From Chthoniobacterales bacterium (GTDB lineage Bacteria > Verrucomicrobiota > Verrucomicrobiia > Chthoniobacterales > Chthoniobacteraceae): a stretch of DNA of 64,000 nt. Shown one piece after another: positions 47,090 to 58,095 of this stretch. The stretch is taken from positions 128,001 to 192,000 of the forward strand of contig JBBQZX010000002.1 in assembly GCA_038207335.1 (NCBI GenBank), given 5' to 3'. How positions within the stretch are numbered: the stretch's first letter is position 1; each line of letters begins with the position of its first letter. Position numbers and translations under genes: made by a program. Under the pieces are notes generated by a model. That model was not told where the DNA came from. It saw only the letters and a list, made by a program, of their open reading frames with translations, and did not search any database.

Positions 47090-49030
47090 CTATCGAAAGT
47101 CATACTGCCGACCTTGCGGCCTACTCGCCGTCCGCTTGGAGCGACAAGCGCCAGAAGTCGCGCGGCTGGGTGGGGCCGAGCGGGGCGGCGAGCGAAAGAC
47201 ATACTCGCGGAGGCTCTGCGTCAGCAGGAGTTGATCGAGAAAGACCGGCTCCTCCGCACTCCAGTTCACGAGTTCGCTGGAGTACTGCGGCAGCAGCCGC
47301 AGGTCGTCGATGAGGCTGGAGGCGCGGAAGCGAAAGGTGAGCCATTCGCCGGGGAGGCCGCGCGGCGTCAAATCCTCGATCGCGGTGGATGGCGTCCAGC
47401 TTTCGGGAGGGTTCCTCGGGTCCGTCTCGCCGAGATAATCAAACCCATTCGCAAGGCCGTGGGCGTAGGGATTCGCCGCGAGGCCGGCGACGGCGGGGTC
47501 GAGGACTTCTCCCGGCGTAAAGTGAGACGCCTGCCAGTCGCCAAAGGTCTGCGTGCCGGTGCGCGTGGATTGCACATGGAGCTGGTTGTTCACGATGTCC
47601 GTCTCGATCGCGCTCTGGCTCGCGGCGACATCCGTCAGCTCGTACGGCGCGGCCTGCAAATCGTACAGATCATATACCGGCGGCGTGCCGGATGCGACGA
47701 GCCGCCAGCGCTCGTGGCTCGACGAGGCCGGTAGCCGGCACTCCGCGAAAGGACATACCCGGCGCGCGGATGATGAGCGCCGAATGCAACGAGCGCTCGA
47801 GCACGGTGTGCTTGCCGAGCAAATCGTAGTCGTCGAGCTGCCAGCCGTGGTCGCCCCAGAGCACGACAATCGTATTCTCCGCGAGCCCGAGCGTGTCGAG
47901 CGTGTCGAGCGCGTCGAGCACTTTGCCGATCTGCGCATCGACGTATGAGACGCTGGCAAAGTAGGCGTGGCGCAGCTTGCGGCGATAAGCGTCGTCGGTA
48001 TGCACGCCAGGATCGCCGGGATAGTAGCCGTGGCCGTAGTTGCCGAGTTCGCCCGATTGCATCGTAGTCGCAATCGCGGCGCCAGCCGGCTTCACGAGAG
48101 GGTAAGGCTCGGGCAGCGTCGCGGGATCATAGAGATCGTCGTAGGCTTTCGGCGCATTGAACGGCAGGTGCGGCCGAAAGAAACCGACGCCGAAAAAGAA
48201 CGTCGTTCCGTAGTCCTTCAGCTCGCGCAATTTCTCGACCGCGGTCTCCGCGATGCGGCCATCCTGATACGCCGTGTCGGGCAGCGAAGCGCCGTTCGCA
48301 TCGATGCCGATTTCATAAGCGAGTGAAGCGCCCGCGGTGCGCCCGTTGCCCGCGGCATAGTTGAAAATCGGGTCGCTCCGTGCGCCCCAGCGGCCGTGAT
48401 CGAAGAGCAGTTCATCCCACGTCTGCGGCGCTTCCGCACTGCCGACGAGCGTCCGTCCGCGGTCGTCGCCACCGAGCCCGGCGGTGGTCGTCCAGCGAAA
48501 CCCATCCGGCTCGTGCGAGAGCTTTCCGAGGCCGACCGTGTGCCAGCCGTTGTTGCGCAGCAGATGGCCCCACGTCTCTGGATTTCCCGCGAGCAGGTTT
48601 GAACGCGTTGTTGCCGGTGAGCGCAATTTCGACAGGCTGCCCGGCGACCGTCGTGAAGATGAAGCCAAGCACGGGGATTTGCGCATCGGAGATGAACGTG
48701 GTCGCCAGCCCATCGGCACCGAGCACGGTCGGCTGCACGCTGCCTTTCAACACTCCGGCGATGCGACCTTCGATCGTCGTGCGCGTAGTGGGACTCGCGC
48801 CTTCGGCAAATGCGAGGCCGCTGCCGTTGAAAGTGTCGAGATGCGTGCTCCGGAAATAATACGTGCCGGATGGCAGCCCGCCGATGCGCAGCGTGATCGC
48901 GCCATCGCGCGCACCGAGGAAATCGGCGACGAGAAAGGGCTGCGACGCGGTGTCCGCCGAGCCGTGTGGTCCGCCATCCCAGTCGGCGCGACCAGCGAAT
49001 GAACCGATCCGGAAAGCCCCACACTGCCCC
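47090..49030 (-). pseudogene. Fragmented sulfatase (iduronate/choline-sulfatase-like) with accessory domains
   Basis: GWHTVGLGKLSH, FFFGVGFFRPHLPF, YFASVSYVDAQIGKVL, VLWGDHGW and LYDLQAAPYE lie in different frames; the N-terminal DD and CxPxR catalytic motifs are not found; boundaries approximate. Confidence 0.75.
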
Positions 49031-49251
49031 AGCGGTTTTACCGCGTGGAAGAAGTGAACGACACCGTGCCGTAGGACGATCGGGACGGACCGCACGTCAT
49101 CGAGCCGAGGAGTGCCGTCAACCCGAATAGCGGTCGAGCGGAGCGAGGCCACGGTTCACAACGAAATGCGAAAGCCGCGTCAGCCGCGAAACGCGATGGC
49201 TACGGGGTTTGCGCCGCTGCACGGCATCGGCGGGCTACGACTTGTGAATGC

Positions 49252-50556
49252 CTAAACTTCCTCCAACGGCCGCACGGCGTCGCCGAACGTTTTTGGACGG
49301 AGGTTCATTTTGTCCATGAGGGAGAGGTAGAGGCGGCACATTTGGCGGTCGGGTTTGTCTTTGTAGTCGAGGATGCGTCCGCCTTTGATTTTACCGCCGC
49401 CGCCGCCGAGGAGGAGGACGGGGAGCTGGCTGGCGTCGTGGCTGCCAGTGAGCATGGAGGAGCAGTAGAGGAGCATGGTGTTGTCGAGGGCGGTGCGGGG
49501 GCCTTCTTGGATTGCGTCGAGGCGCGCGGCGATGTAGGCGAGCTGTGAGAGGAAGAATTGGTTCACTTTTAGCCAATCCGCAGTGTCGGTGTGGGAGAGG
49601 AGGTGGTGGATCATGTAGTCCACGCCGAGGCCGGGGAAGCGGAGGGAGCTGTGGTCGTTGTTGAGCTTCAGGGTGCAGAGGCGCGTGGTGTCGGTCTGGA
49701 AGGCGAGGACGAGGAGGTCGCTCATGAGGCGCATGTGCTCGGCGATGTCCTGGGGGATGCCGTCGGGGGGACGCGGGATGTTCGGGGCGGCGAGGGTGGG
49801 ACGCCAGCCTTGGAGTTCGCCGCGGTGGCTGGCGCTTTCGATGCGTTGTTCGACTTCGCGGACGGAGGTGAGGTATTCGTCGAGCTTTTGCTGGTCGCGG
49901 GCACTGATGGCGCGGCGCATGTCTTTGGCGTCGTCGAGGATGGCGTCGAGGACGCTGGCGTCGCCGCGGGCGGCGGTGTCTTTGAAGAGGCGGTCGAAGG
50001 CGAGGGCGGGGTAGAGCTCGAGGGGGGTGGGGGTGGTGGGGCTGCTCCACGAGATGTGGGAGCTGTAGAGCATGGAGTAGTTTTTGTGGACGGAGGGGTT
50101 GCTCTTTTCGCAGGCGAGGACGAGGGAGGGGACTTTGGTGCTGCGGCCGTAAGTCTGGGCGAGGAGCTGGTCGATGCTGGTGCCGGAGCGGATTTCGCCG
50201 CCGGAGGCAAGGGGGGCGCCGGAGAGGAGGTTGCCGGTCTGGGAGCTGTGGATGTTGCCTTTCTGGGCCTCGGCGTTGTAGAGGCCGCGGATGAAGAGCA
50301 TTTTCTCGCGGAAGGGGGCGAGAGGCTGGAGAACTTGGCCGAGTTCCATTTGCGCGCCTTCACCACGTGCCCACCACTCTTTGGAATGGAAGCCGTTGCC
50401 GGAGAAGAGGACGGCGAGCCGCGTGGGGGCTTCGCTGGCGGGCTCGGAGGTGCGGGGTTCGTCGCCCCAGACGGTGAGGGATTCCATCCAGGGGAGGGCC
50501 ATGGTGACTCCGAGTCCGCGGAGGAAGGCGCGGCGGGTGAAGCGGTGGGTGGGCAT
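49252..50556 (-). CDS. DUF1552 domain protein (Tat signal), partner of the PSD/DUF1592 protein
   Basis: TRRAFLRG..LPWMESL, SIDQLLA, ISW, AFDRLF, KLDEYLTSVREVE, AFQTDTTR, HHLLSH. Confidence 0.9.
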   Translation of the reverse strand: MPTHRFTRRAFLRGLGVTMALPWMESLTVWGDEPRTSEPASEAPTRLAVLFSGNGFHSKEWWARGEGAQMELGQVLQPLAPFREKMLFIRGLYNAEAQKGNIHSSQTGNLLSGAPLASGGEIRSGTSIDQLLAQTYGRSTKVPSLVLACEKSNPSVHKNYSMLYSSHISWSSPTTPTPLELYPALAFDRLFKDTAARGDASVLDAILDDAKDMRRAISARDQQKLDEYLTSVREVEQRIESASHRGELQGWRPTLAAPNIPRPPDGIPQDIAEHMRLMSDLLVLAFQTDTTRLCTLKLNNDHSSLRFPGLGVDYMIHHLLSHTDTADWLKVNQFFLSQLAYIAARLDAIQEGPRTALDNTMLLYCSSMLTGSHDASQLPVLLLGGGGGKIKGGRILDYKDKPDRQMCRLYLSLMDKMNLRPKTFGDAVRPLEEV

Positions 50557-50574
50557 GGTGTGTGTGGGATGACG

Positions 50575-53307
50575 CTAGGGGTTGCTTTTAGAAAGGAAGT
50601 CCTGGCCGCGGATACTGCGGAACTGGGGGCTGCGGACGATGCTGTCGATGACAGAGGAGATGCGATCTTCGTGCTGAGGAAGGGCGGCGAGGATGTCGTC
50701 GAGCAGCGGCCGGTCGGTGAGGATGACGGCGCGGCCGAGGGCGAAGCCGAGTAGTTTTTTGGCGAACTGGTGCTCGAAGTCGGCGGGGCGCTGAGTGAGG
50801 AGGTAGGCGCGAAGGCCGGGGAGGCCGTCGAGCGGGGTGCCGTCGAGGAGCTTCGAGTGCGTATCGATGGGAAGGCCCGCGGCGTCGGTGCTGCGGAAGC
50901 GGCCGATGGCGTCGAAGGACTCGAGCGCGAAGCCGAAGGGGTCCATGCGCTGGTGGCAGCGGGCGCACTTCGGGTCGGTGCTGTGGCGCTCGGTGAGTTG
51001 GCGCTCGGTGAGGCCGGCGGGGGCTTCGTCGGGGAGCGTGGGGACGCCTTTCGGCGGGCGCGGGAGGCGGTCGCCGAGGAGGGATTCGGTGAGCCAGTTG
51101 CCGCGCAAGATCGGGCTGGTGCGGGAGGCGCCGCTTTGCTTTGCGAGGGTGGCGGCGAAGGCGAGGATGCCGCCGCGACCCCGCGCGCGCAGGCCATCGA
51201 CCCGGCACCACTCGTCGCCGGCGATACCGGAGATGCCGTAGTAGGCGGCGAGGGCGGCGTTCAGGAAAGTGTGGTCGGCATCGAGGAGGGAAAGGACTGG
51301 GCGGTCGTGCTGGAAGAAGTCGGTGAAGAACTGCACGGGCTCCTCGGCTATGGCGGCGCGAAGGGCTTTAAAGGTGGGGAACTGCTGGTCGCTTTTTTCG
51401 TCGAGCTGGTCGAAGTCGCGGACCTGGAGCCACTGCGCGCCGAACTCGACGGCGAGCCGGCGAATGCGCCGGTCTGCGGTCATGCGGCGCGCCTGCGCAG
51501 CGAGGATGTCGGGTTCGTGGAGTTTCCCTGCCGCGGCAGCGGCGAGCAGCTCAGCGTCCGGCGCGGAGGACCAGAGGAAGTAGCTGAGGCGTGAGGCGAG
51601 TTCGTAGTCGCCGACCGGGGCGGGCTCCACGCCGGGTGACGGGCGCTCCATTTTATAAAGGAATGCCGGCGCAGTGAAGATGCGCGCAAGAGTGAGCCGC
51701 AGCGCTGCGTCGTGCGGGAGGTCTTCGCCACGGAGCTTCTGGTAGAGGCTGCGGAGCGCGGCATTTTCCGAATCGGCGAGAGGCCGGCGCCACGCCGATG
51801 ACGCGAATTTCATGACGGCGTCGAGCTGCGCGGGCTCGGCGTCGGTGAGGAGTTTGCGGAAGTCGGCGGCGCGTTGCTTGATCGGCTCGCGCATCGGCTC
51901 GATGACGGTGGGGTCGCCGTCCTGGGTCATGAATTGCCAGAGCTGGTCGAAGCCGTCCACGAGCTTCAAGGCGTCGCGGCTCACGAAGCGCAACTCGGCC
52001 CAGAGGCAGTCCAGCTCGGCGGCCTGCGCGTCGTCGAGGAGGAGGCGGCGGAGCTGGTCGTCTTCGCGGTAGAAGAGCGTGAGGGTGACGACTTCATCGA
52101 CAGGCACGATTTTCGAGTAGCAGAGCGCGGCGGGGAAAAGCTGGCGGAAGTCCGCGAGGGCGGCGTCGATGCGCTGTCGGTCGTCCCCCGCCCCGTCGGG
52201 CAGCGTGAGCGTCGTATCGCCGAGATGGATTTCGCGGCCGGTGATCGGCGGCGTCGCGGGCTCCTGCCACGCCTTCGCGCCGCCGCGTCTGCCGATCGCG
52301 CCGACGGGGCTGAAATGCCACAGCGGCTTTTGAAATTGCGCGACGAGGGCGGCGAGCGCGGGCGCGTCTTCGGGCTTCGCGTCGCGCCAGCGGGCGCGCA
52401 GGGAATCAAGCAGCAGCGACGGTTCCGGGCTGGTAATGGCGGTCCAAAGCGTGCCGAGATATTTGGCGCTCAACCCCCGCTCGGTCGCGACGGCAGCGAT
52501 ACTTTTCGCACCGCTCGCCAGCGCCGCGCGCTCCGCCAACGTGGCGGCGAAATACTTTTCCAGCGGGAGAATCCCGCCAGCGTTCGTGTCGAATTTGATC
52601 CCCTGCAAATCGACCGCCGTGCCGCTGCCCGTCGTCGTGAACCGCGCGTAAAAAGCGCGAATCGCCGCGAGCTTTTCATCCGTCCAATCCCGCTCAGAAG
52701 TGCCGCGCGAAAACGCGACGCCATCCGGCAGAAGCGCCGCGTGACGCGCAATGTCCTTTGCCGAATCGAGATATTTTGCGAGCAGCGCGGGCGACATCAC
52801 GAGCGCCGCACCCGCATTCGTGAACCCCTCGCCCGCCGCCCCATCGACGGGAAATTCGCGCGCCGGATCGAGCGACTCGACGCCCGTCAGGTCGCGGATC
52901 GTGTGCGTGTATTCGGCATTGGAAAGCCGTCGCAGCACGACCGGCCCCGGATCGCCCGCGTGCTCCCGCGCCATCTCGCCGAGCGCGCCGTGGAGCCAGC
53001 TCGTGAGCTGCACGCGTTGCGCCGGCTCGAGCTGCGGCTTGTCGTGCGGCGGCATTTCGCCGAGCGCGAGCTGCTCCTCCACGCTCAGCCACACCTCGGG
53101 ATCGCCCCGCACCCCATCCGCGGAAACGAACCGTTCGAGATCGAGATCGCCCTTCTGTTTCTCGGTCGAGTGGCACTTGTTGCAGAACTCCGAGACCAAT
53201 GGACGGATGTCCCTTTCAAAATCCGGCTCCGCAAAAACCGAGCGCGCACTCAGCACCGCGAGCAGCAATGCAGGTCGCGTGAAAATGGAAAACGTTGGTG
53301 AAAACAT
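50575..53307 (-). CDS. Planctomycete cytochrome-c / DUF1587-1595-1592-1588-1585 (PSD) domain protein
   Basis: CNKCH heme motif, EMPP, RRLSNAEY, AWRRP, ELASRLSYFLWSS.PD, TSPILRG, CARCH, DPFGFALE. Confidence 0.9.
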   Translation of the reverse strand: MFSPTFSIFTRPALLLAVLSARSVFAEPDFERDIRPLVSEFCNKCHSTEKQKGDLDLERFVSADGVRGDPEVWLSVEEQLALGEMPPHDKPQLEPAQRVQLTSWLHGALGEMAREHAGDPGPVVLRRLSNAEYTHTIRDLTGVESLDPAREFPVDGAAGEGFTNAGAALVMSPALLAKYLDSAKDIARHAALLPDGVAFSRGTSERDWTDEKLAAIRAFYARFTTTGSGTAVDLQGIKFDTNAGGILPLEKYFAATLAERAALASGAKSIAAVATERGLSAKYLGTLWTAITSPEPSLLLDSLRARWRDAKPEDAPALAALVAQFQKPLWHFSPVGAIGRRGGAKAWQEPATPPITGREIHLGDTTLTLPDGAGDDRQRIDAALADFRQLFPAALCYSKIVPVDEVVTLTLFYREDDQLRRLLLDDAQAAELDCLWAELRFVSRDALKLVDGFDQLWQFMTQDGDPTVIEPMREPIKQRAADFRKLLTDAEPAQLDAVMKFASSAWRRPLADSENAALRSLYQKLRGEDLPHDAALRLTLARIFTAPAFLYKMERPSPGVEPAPVGDYELASRLSYFLWSSAPDAELLAAAAAGKLHEPDILAAQARRMTADRRIRRLAVEFGAQWLQVRDFDQLDEKSDQQFPTFKALRAAIAEEPVQFFTDFFQHDRPVLSLLDADHTFLNAALAAYYGISGIAGDEWCRVDGLRARGRGGILAFAATLAKQSGASRTSPILRGNWLTESLLGDRLPRPPKGVPTLPDEAPAGLTERQLTERHSTDPKCARCHQRMDPFGFALESFDAIGRFRSTDAAGLPIDTHSKLLDGTPLDGLPGLRAYLLTQRPADFEHQFAKKLLGFALGRAVILTDRPLLDDILAALPQHEDRISSVIDSIVRSPQFRSIRGQDFLSKSNP

Positions 53308-53358
53308 TTCTCCCGTCCCATAACCCGCTTGGGAGAAAAACGATAGTCCGGTCAGCGC

Positions 53359-53964
53359 TCAGTCCGCCGCGGGAATGGCAGCGTCGAGATGCGCGTGCAT
53401 GTCGGCAGGCGTGTCGATGTCGATCGCGCCATCGGGAAAATCGATCGTGCAGACTTCGGCACGATGCGCGGCGAGGATCACTTGGGCACCGCGTCCGTCG
53501 GGGAGCGAGAGGAGATGCGGGAAAAAATCGCGTCCGAAAAGCGCGGGCACGCCGACGGTATCGGCGTAAGAACAAGCGCAGATCGGCATTCCCGAGCGGA
53601 CGTGCGCGTCGATCACGTCACGCAGAGTGCCGCTCGTCACGAATGGCTGATCGCAAACCATCACCACGAGCGCGGTGAGATGAGGCGTCCCGGCGAGAGC
53701 ATGAGCGACTCCCGCGCGAATCGAACTGCCGATGCCTCGATGCCATTCCAAGTGATGAAACACCCGCACCGGAAGTGCACTGACCTCCTCCTCGATTCGT
53801 CGCTTTTCCTCGCCCGCAACAATCACGACAGGTAAACATCCCGCACCGCACGCCGCGAGCGCTGCGCGCCGCACGAGAGTCTCGCCGCGATGAAGCAGCA
53901 GTTGCTTCGGTGCGCCGAGCCGGCTCGATCCGCCCGCCGCCAGCACCACGGCTCCGATCATCAT
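53359..53964 (-). CDS. MocA-like molybdenum cofactor cytidylyltransferase
   Basis: VLAAGGSSRLGAPKQLL, GIGSSI, CDQP, GVPALF, DIDTPAD; ATGA overlap with the XdhC-family gene. Confidence 0.88.
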   Translation of the reverse strand: MMIGAVVLAAGGSSRLGAPKQLLLHRGETLVRRAALAACGAGCLPVVIVAGEEKRRIEEEVSALPVRVFHHLEWHRGIGSSIRAGVAHALAGTPHLTALVVMVCDQPFVTSGTLRDVIDAHVRSGMPICACSYADTVGVPALFGRDFFPHLLSLPDGRGAQVILAAHRAEVCTIDFPDGAIDIDTPADMHAHLDAAIPAAD

Positions 53965-54857
53965 GCCAGCGCAAGCGCCACAATCCGTGGCGAGTGAATC
54001 GGAGCTTTCCGATCGCGCAACGACTGCGCGGAAGCTGCCGCAAACACCGCTTGGATTTCCGCGACGATCGCGAGAGCAACCGTTTCCGGAGCGTCCCCGC
54101 CAAGATCGAGCCCGGCTGGTGCGAAAAGATTCGGCACGGCCGCAAAGCCTGTATCCATCAGGTCTCCGAACAGTTGCTCCCGCCGGGCACGCGGACCGAT
54201 GAGGCCAATGTATCGCAGTCCGAGTGGTGCCAAGGCGCGGAGAGCGGCGAAGTCGCGTCCGTAGTTGTGAGTCTTCACGACCGCGGCGGTCCACCAGTCG
54301 TACGATTCATCGAGGTAACTCGCATTTTCGACGCAGAGCACGCGCCAGCCGAGCGCGTCCGCCATTGCTCGCACCGCGTTGCTTTCGGGCCCATCACCGA
54401 TCACGAGCAACTGGGTCGCAGGCTCGACGCGTTGGAGCAAAACCCCCTCCCTCTTGACATCATCGAAGGCGACACGGCTCCCGCATTCTCGTGCAAACGC
54501 TGTGGCAATCAGGCACGGACGCCTTTCCTCGAATGCGCATGACAGCTCCTCGAGAAAATCGGCGCGCGCCCGCTCGACCAAAATCTCAATCACTCCGTTG
54601 CAGCCGAAGCGTTTGCGCGTGTCGAAAGTCAGCGTTTCGGGAGAGCCGGTAAGCAAAACCTCGCGTGCGTGCTCCGCCACCTCCTGCTCGAGGCATCCAC
54701 CGCTTAGCGACCCCACCGTGCGCCCATCACCGGCGATCAGCATCCGCGCACCCGGTCGCCGGTAGCTCGAGCCCCTCGTCTGCACGAGCGTCGCGAGCGC
54801 AAACGCCTCGCCGGGACGACGGCGATACTCTCGAACGATGTCGCCGATTTCCTTCAT
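53961..54857 (-). CDS. XdhC/CoxI-family molybdoenzyme maturation factor
   Basis: GSSYRRPGARM, GSLSGGCLE, GCNG, YIGLIGP, PAGLDLG..PETVALAIVAEI. Confidence 0.9.
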   Translation of the reverse strand: MKEIGDIVREYRRRPGEAFALATLVQTRGSSYRRPGARMLIAGDGRTVGSLSGGCLEQEVAEHAREVLLTGSPETLTFDTRKRFGCNGVIEILVERARADFLEELSCAFEERRPCLIATAFARECGSRVAFDDVKREGVLLQRVEPATQLLVIGDGPESNAVRAMADALGWRVLCVENASYLDESYDWWTAAVVKTHNYGRDFAALRALAPLGLRYIGLIGPRARREQLFGDLMDTGFAAVPNLFAPAGLDLGGDAPETVALAIVAEIQAVFAAASAQSLRDRKAPIHSPRIVALALA

Positions 54858-57103
54858 CAGATCAGCTTGTCGAGCGTGATCGGCAAATCGCGCACGCGTT
54901 TTCCAGTGGCATGGAAGACCGCGTTCGCAATCGCCGCTGCTGTGCCGGTGATGCCGATCTCGCCCATGCCGCGCGCGCCCATGGGGTTGAATTGGTAATC
55001 GGGCTCGCCGACGAAATGTACGTCGATGTCGATGATGTCGGCGTTCACCGGGAGGTGATATTCGGCGAGGTTCCGGTTCACCGGCAGGCCGGTGGCGGGA
55101 TCGTAAATCGTCTCCTCTTCGATCGCCATCCCGATGCCCATCACAACACCGCCGAGGATTTGGCTGCGCGCGGTTTTCGCGTTGATCACCCGCCCGCAAT
55201 CCATCACCGAAACGATGCGTGTGACCTGCACGCGCGGCAAATCGGGATCGATCATCACCTCGCAGAATTGGGCGCCGAACGATTGGAACGCCACGTCCGG
55301 TTCTTTCGTCGGCGGTTTGAAACCGCCGTTGCCCTCGACGAATTCCCTCCCCGCGCGTTGCAGGAGTTCGGTGAGAGAATCCGATTTGCCCGAGCCATCC
55401 GACGCACCGAGTCGGGCCGGCTCAGCGAGTTCGATCTTGTCAATATCGACACCGTGCAGGGGTGAGCGCGTATCTGCAGTTGCGAGGTTCGCGAGCTGCG
55501 TTTTGAGATCGTCTGCGGCCGCGTAAATGGCGGAGCCGACCGTTGCGGTCGTATTCGAGCCACCGGCGACAGGGCCGAACGGGAGGTCGGAATTGCCGAG
55601 CTCAAACGTCACTTTTTCGAATGCCAAGCCGATCGCCTCCGCGCTAATTTGCGCGAGCACCGTGTAGGCTCCGGTGCCGATATCGTGCGCCGCACATTGC
55701 ACAAGCGCCGTGCCGTTTTTGTGCAAACGGATGCGCACTTCAGCCGCCATTTTGTATCCGGGATACGTCGCCGTCGCCATGCCCCAGCCGACGAGCAGCC
55801 CGTCCTTTTTCATTGAGCGCGGCTCCGGCGTGCGTCGCACCCAGCCGAACTTTTCCGCTCCGAGCTGATACGCCTCTCTCAAATGCTTCGTGCTCCATGG
55901 CACGCCCTTGATCGGATGCTCGTCGGCGTAGTTCGCGAGCCTCAGCGCGATCGGATCCATCTTCAACTCGACCGCCAGCTCATCCATCGCGCACTCCACC
56001 GCGTATGTCCCGGGGCACTCGCCCGGCGCGCGCATGAAGGTCGGCGTCGCCACATTCACGGTAAATACGGTTTCATCCACCGAGATCGCCGGACTGCCGT
56101 AGAGCACGCCTGTCGAGCGTGCCCCGCAGCTTTCCACAAACTCGCCGACGCTCGATTGCAGCGTCTCCGTGCGGTGCCGGATCGCGCGCAATTTCCCCTC
56201 ACGCGTCGCTGCCAGCGCGATCGTCTGCGTGGTCGGCGTGCGGTGCCCGATTCCGCTGAACATGTTGTGCCGGGAAATCGCAAATTTCACCGGCGCGCCC
56301 ACTGCTTTCGCCGCCATCGCGGCGAGAAAAACATGCGGCCACACCGCGCCTTTGCATCCAAATGCGCCACCGACGAATGGACTGATGACGCGAACATTTT
56401 CGAGCGGCAAATCAAACGCCTGCGCGAGTTCGTCCTGCACGCCTTTCACATATTGCGTGGCGTCGTGGACAGTCAGACGATCGGGCGCGACCCACTCCGC
56501 GACTGTCGCCGACGGCTCCATCGGATTGTGCGTCTCGGTGGGCGTCTCGTAGATGCGCTCGACGATCACGAGCCCCGCTTCCTCCATTGCTTTCTCCACG
56601 TCCCCTTTTTGCAATTGCACCGGCTCGCCGTTGTTTTCCTTCGGCTTTTTGCCACCGCCGGGCGCTTGTTTTTGGGTCAAAAGCGGTGCGTCTTTCTCAT
56701 ACGAAATCTCGATGAGCGACGCAGCGTAGCGCGCCTGCGCGAGCGTCTCCGCGACGACCAGCGCGACGTACTGCCCGCCGTAGTAAATCCGGTCGTCGCT
56801 CAACGGCAGACGGGACTCGTTCAAAATCCCGCCGCCGCTGTTCTTACGCGCCTTGGGCTGATCGAGCTTCGGCCTGCTCTGGTGCGTGAGTACTGCACGC
56901 ACGCCGGGCGCATTTTCCGCACGGCCTGCGTCGAGTTTTCGAATGCGCCCATTCGCGATGCTGCTCGTCAGCGCGAAGGCTTGCAGCACGCCGACCGGGT
57001 TGAATTCCGCCGCGTATTTTGCTGCGCCGGTAACCTTGAGCCGGCCATCGACGCGGTTCAACGGCTTGCCGAGGATGCGGGGGGAAAGTGCTGGCGTACT
57101 CAT
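54857..57103 (-). CDS. Xanthine dehydrogenase-family molybdopterin-binding subunit (PaoC/YagR-like)
   Basis: [54 protein letters not shown]. Confidence 0.92.
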   Translation of the reverse strand: MSTPALSPRILGKPLNRVDGRLKVTGAAKYAAEFNPVGVLQAFALTSSIANGRIRKLDAGRAENAPGVRAVLTHQSRPKLDQPKARKNSGGGILNESRLPLSDDRIYYGGQYVALVVAETLAQARYAASLIEISYEKDAPLLTQKQAPGGGKKPKENNGEPVQLQKGDVEKAMEEAGLVIVERIYETPTETHNPMEPSATVAEWVAPDRLTVHDATQYVKGVQDELAQAFDLPLENVRVISPFVGGAFGCKGAVWPHVFLAAMAAKAVGAPVKFAISRHNMFSGIGHRTPTTQTIALAATREGKLRAIRHRTETLQSSVGEFVESCGARSTGVLYGSPAISVDETVFTVNVATPTFMRAPGECPGTYAVECAMDELAVELKMDPIALRLANYADEHPIKGVPWSTKHLREAYQLGAEKFGWVRRTPEPRSMKKDGLLVGWGMATATYPGYKMAAEVRIRLHKNGTALVQCAAHDIGTGAYTVLAQISAEAIGLAFEKVTFELGNSDLPFGPVAGGSNTTATVGSAIYAAADDLKTQLANLATADTRSPLHGVDIDKIELAEPARLGASDGSGKSDSLTELLQRAGREFVEGNGGFKPPTKEPDVAFQSFGAQFCEVMIDPDLPRVQVTRIVSVMDCGRVINAKTARSQILGGVVMGIGMAIEEETIYDPATGLPVNRNLAEYHLPVNADIIDIDVHFVGEPDYQFNPMGARGMGEIGITGTAAAIANAVFHATGKRVRDLPITLDKLI

Positions 57104-58095
57104 GCTTTCGCGGCGGTTTCGGTGAGCGCTCGGACGATCGTGCGGCGCGCGAGTTCGATTTTGAAAGTGTTGTGCGCGTAGCCTTTCGCGCCCGCCAGCG
57201 CGGCGGTCGCAGCGGCCTTGAATGCCTCCTCGCCCGCGCTTTTTCCCGCAAGCATTTCCTCCGCTTCCATCGCGCGCCACGGCTTGTGCGCCACGCCGCC
57301 CAGCGCGATTCGCGCGGTCTTGATTTTGCCGCCGGGCTCCAGGTCGAGCGCTGCCGCAACGCTCACCAGCGCGAACGCGTAGCTCGCTCGATCGCGCACT
57401 TTCAAATAGTGTGACCGCGCCGCGAACGGATGCGAGGGCAGGTCCACGGCGGTGATGAGTTCATCCGCCGAGAGGGTCGTCTCGATCTCCGGCGTCTCAC
57501 CCGGGAGCCGGTGAAAATCGGCCATCGCGATCTCGCGCTCGCCGCGCGGTCCGCGCACGCGCACCACGGCTTCGAGCGCCGCGAGCGCCACGCACATGTC
57601 GCTCGGATGCGTGGCGATGCACTGCTCGCTCTGGCCGAGGATCGCGTGGATGCGGTTGAAGCCGTGCAGAGCGCCGCAGCCGCTGCCGGGCACGCGCTTG
57701 TTGCACGCGGGAAAAGCGGGGTCGTAGAAATAGTAGCAGCGCGTGCGCTGGAGCAGATTGCCGCCGGTCGTCGCGCGGTTGCGGAGTTGCGGGCTCGCGC
57801 CCGCGAGCAGCGCTTCACTGAGCACGGGGAAAGACTTCACGATGAGCGCGTGCTCGGCCACGTCGGAGTTGCGCGCGAGTCCGCCGATGCGCACGCCTTT
57901 TCCCTCCGGCAGCTCCTCGATCGCGGCGAGCGGGAGGCGGTTGATGTCGATGATTTTACCAGGGGTCTCGACGCCCATTTTCATGAGGTCGAGCAGGTTC
58001 GTCCCGCCGCCGAGCAGTTTACCATTCGGCTTCGAAGCGAGTTCCGCTACTGCCGCCGGTGCATCGTCGGCGCGTGAATAGGCGAAAGGATTCAT
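57100..58095 (-). CDS. Xanthine dehydrogenase-family FAD-binding subunit (PaoB/YagS-like)
   Basis: [33 protein letters not shown], Cys cluster [19 protein letters not shown]. Confidence 0.92.
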   Translation of the reverse strand: MNPFAYSRADDAPAAVAELASKPNGKLLGGGTNLLDLMKMGVETPGKIIDINRLPLAAIEELPEGKGVRIGGLARNSDVAEHALIVKSFPVLSEALLAGASPQLRNRATTGGNLLQRTRCYYFYDPAFPACNKRVPGSGCGALHGFNRIHAILGQSEQCIATHPSDMCVALAALEAVVRVRGPRGEREIAMADFHRLPGETPEIETTLSADELITAVDLPSHPFAARSHYLKVRDRASYAFALVSVAAALDLEPGGKIKTARIALGGVAHKPWRAMEAEEMLAGKSAGEEAFKAAATAALAGAKGYAHNTFKIELARRTIVRALTETAAKA

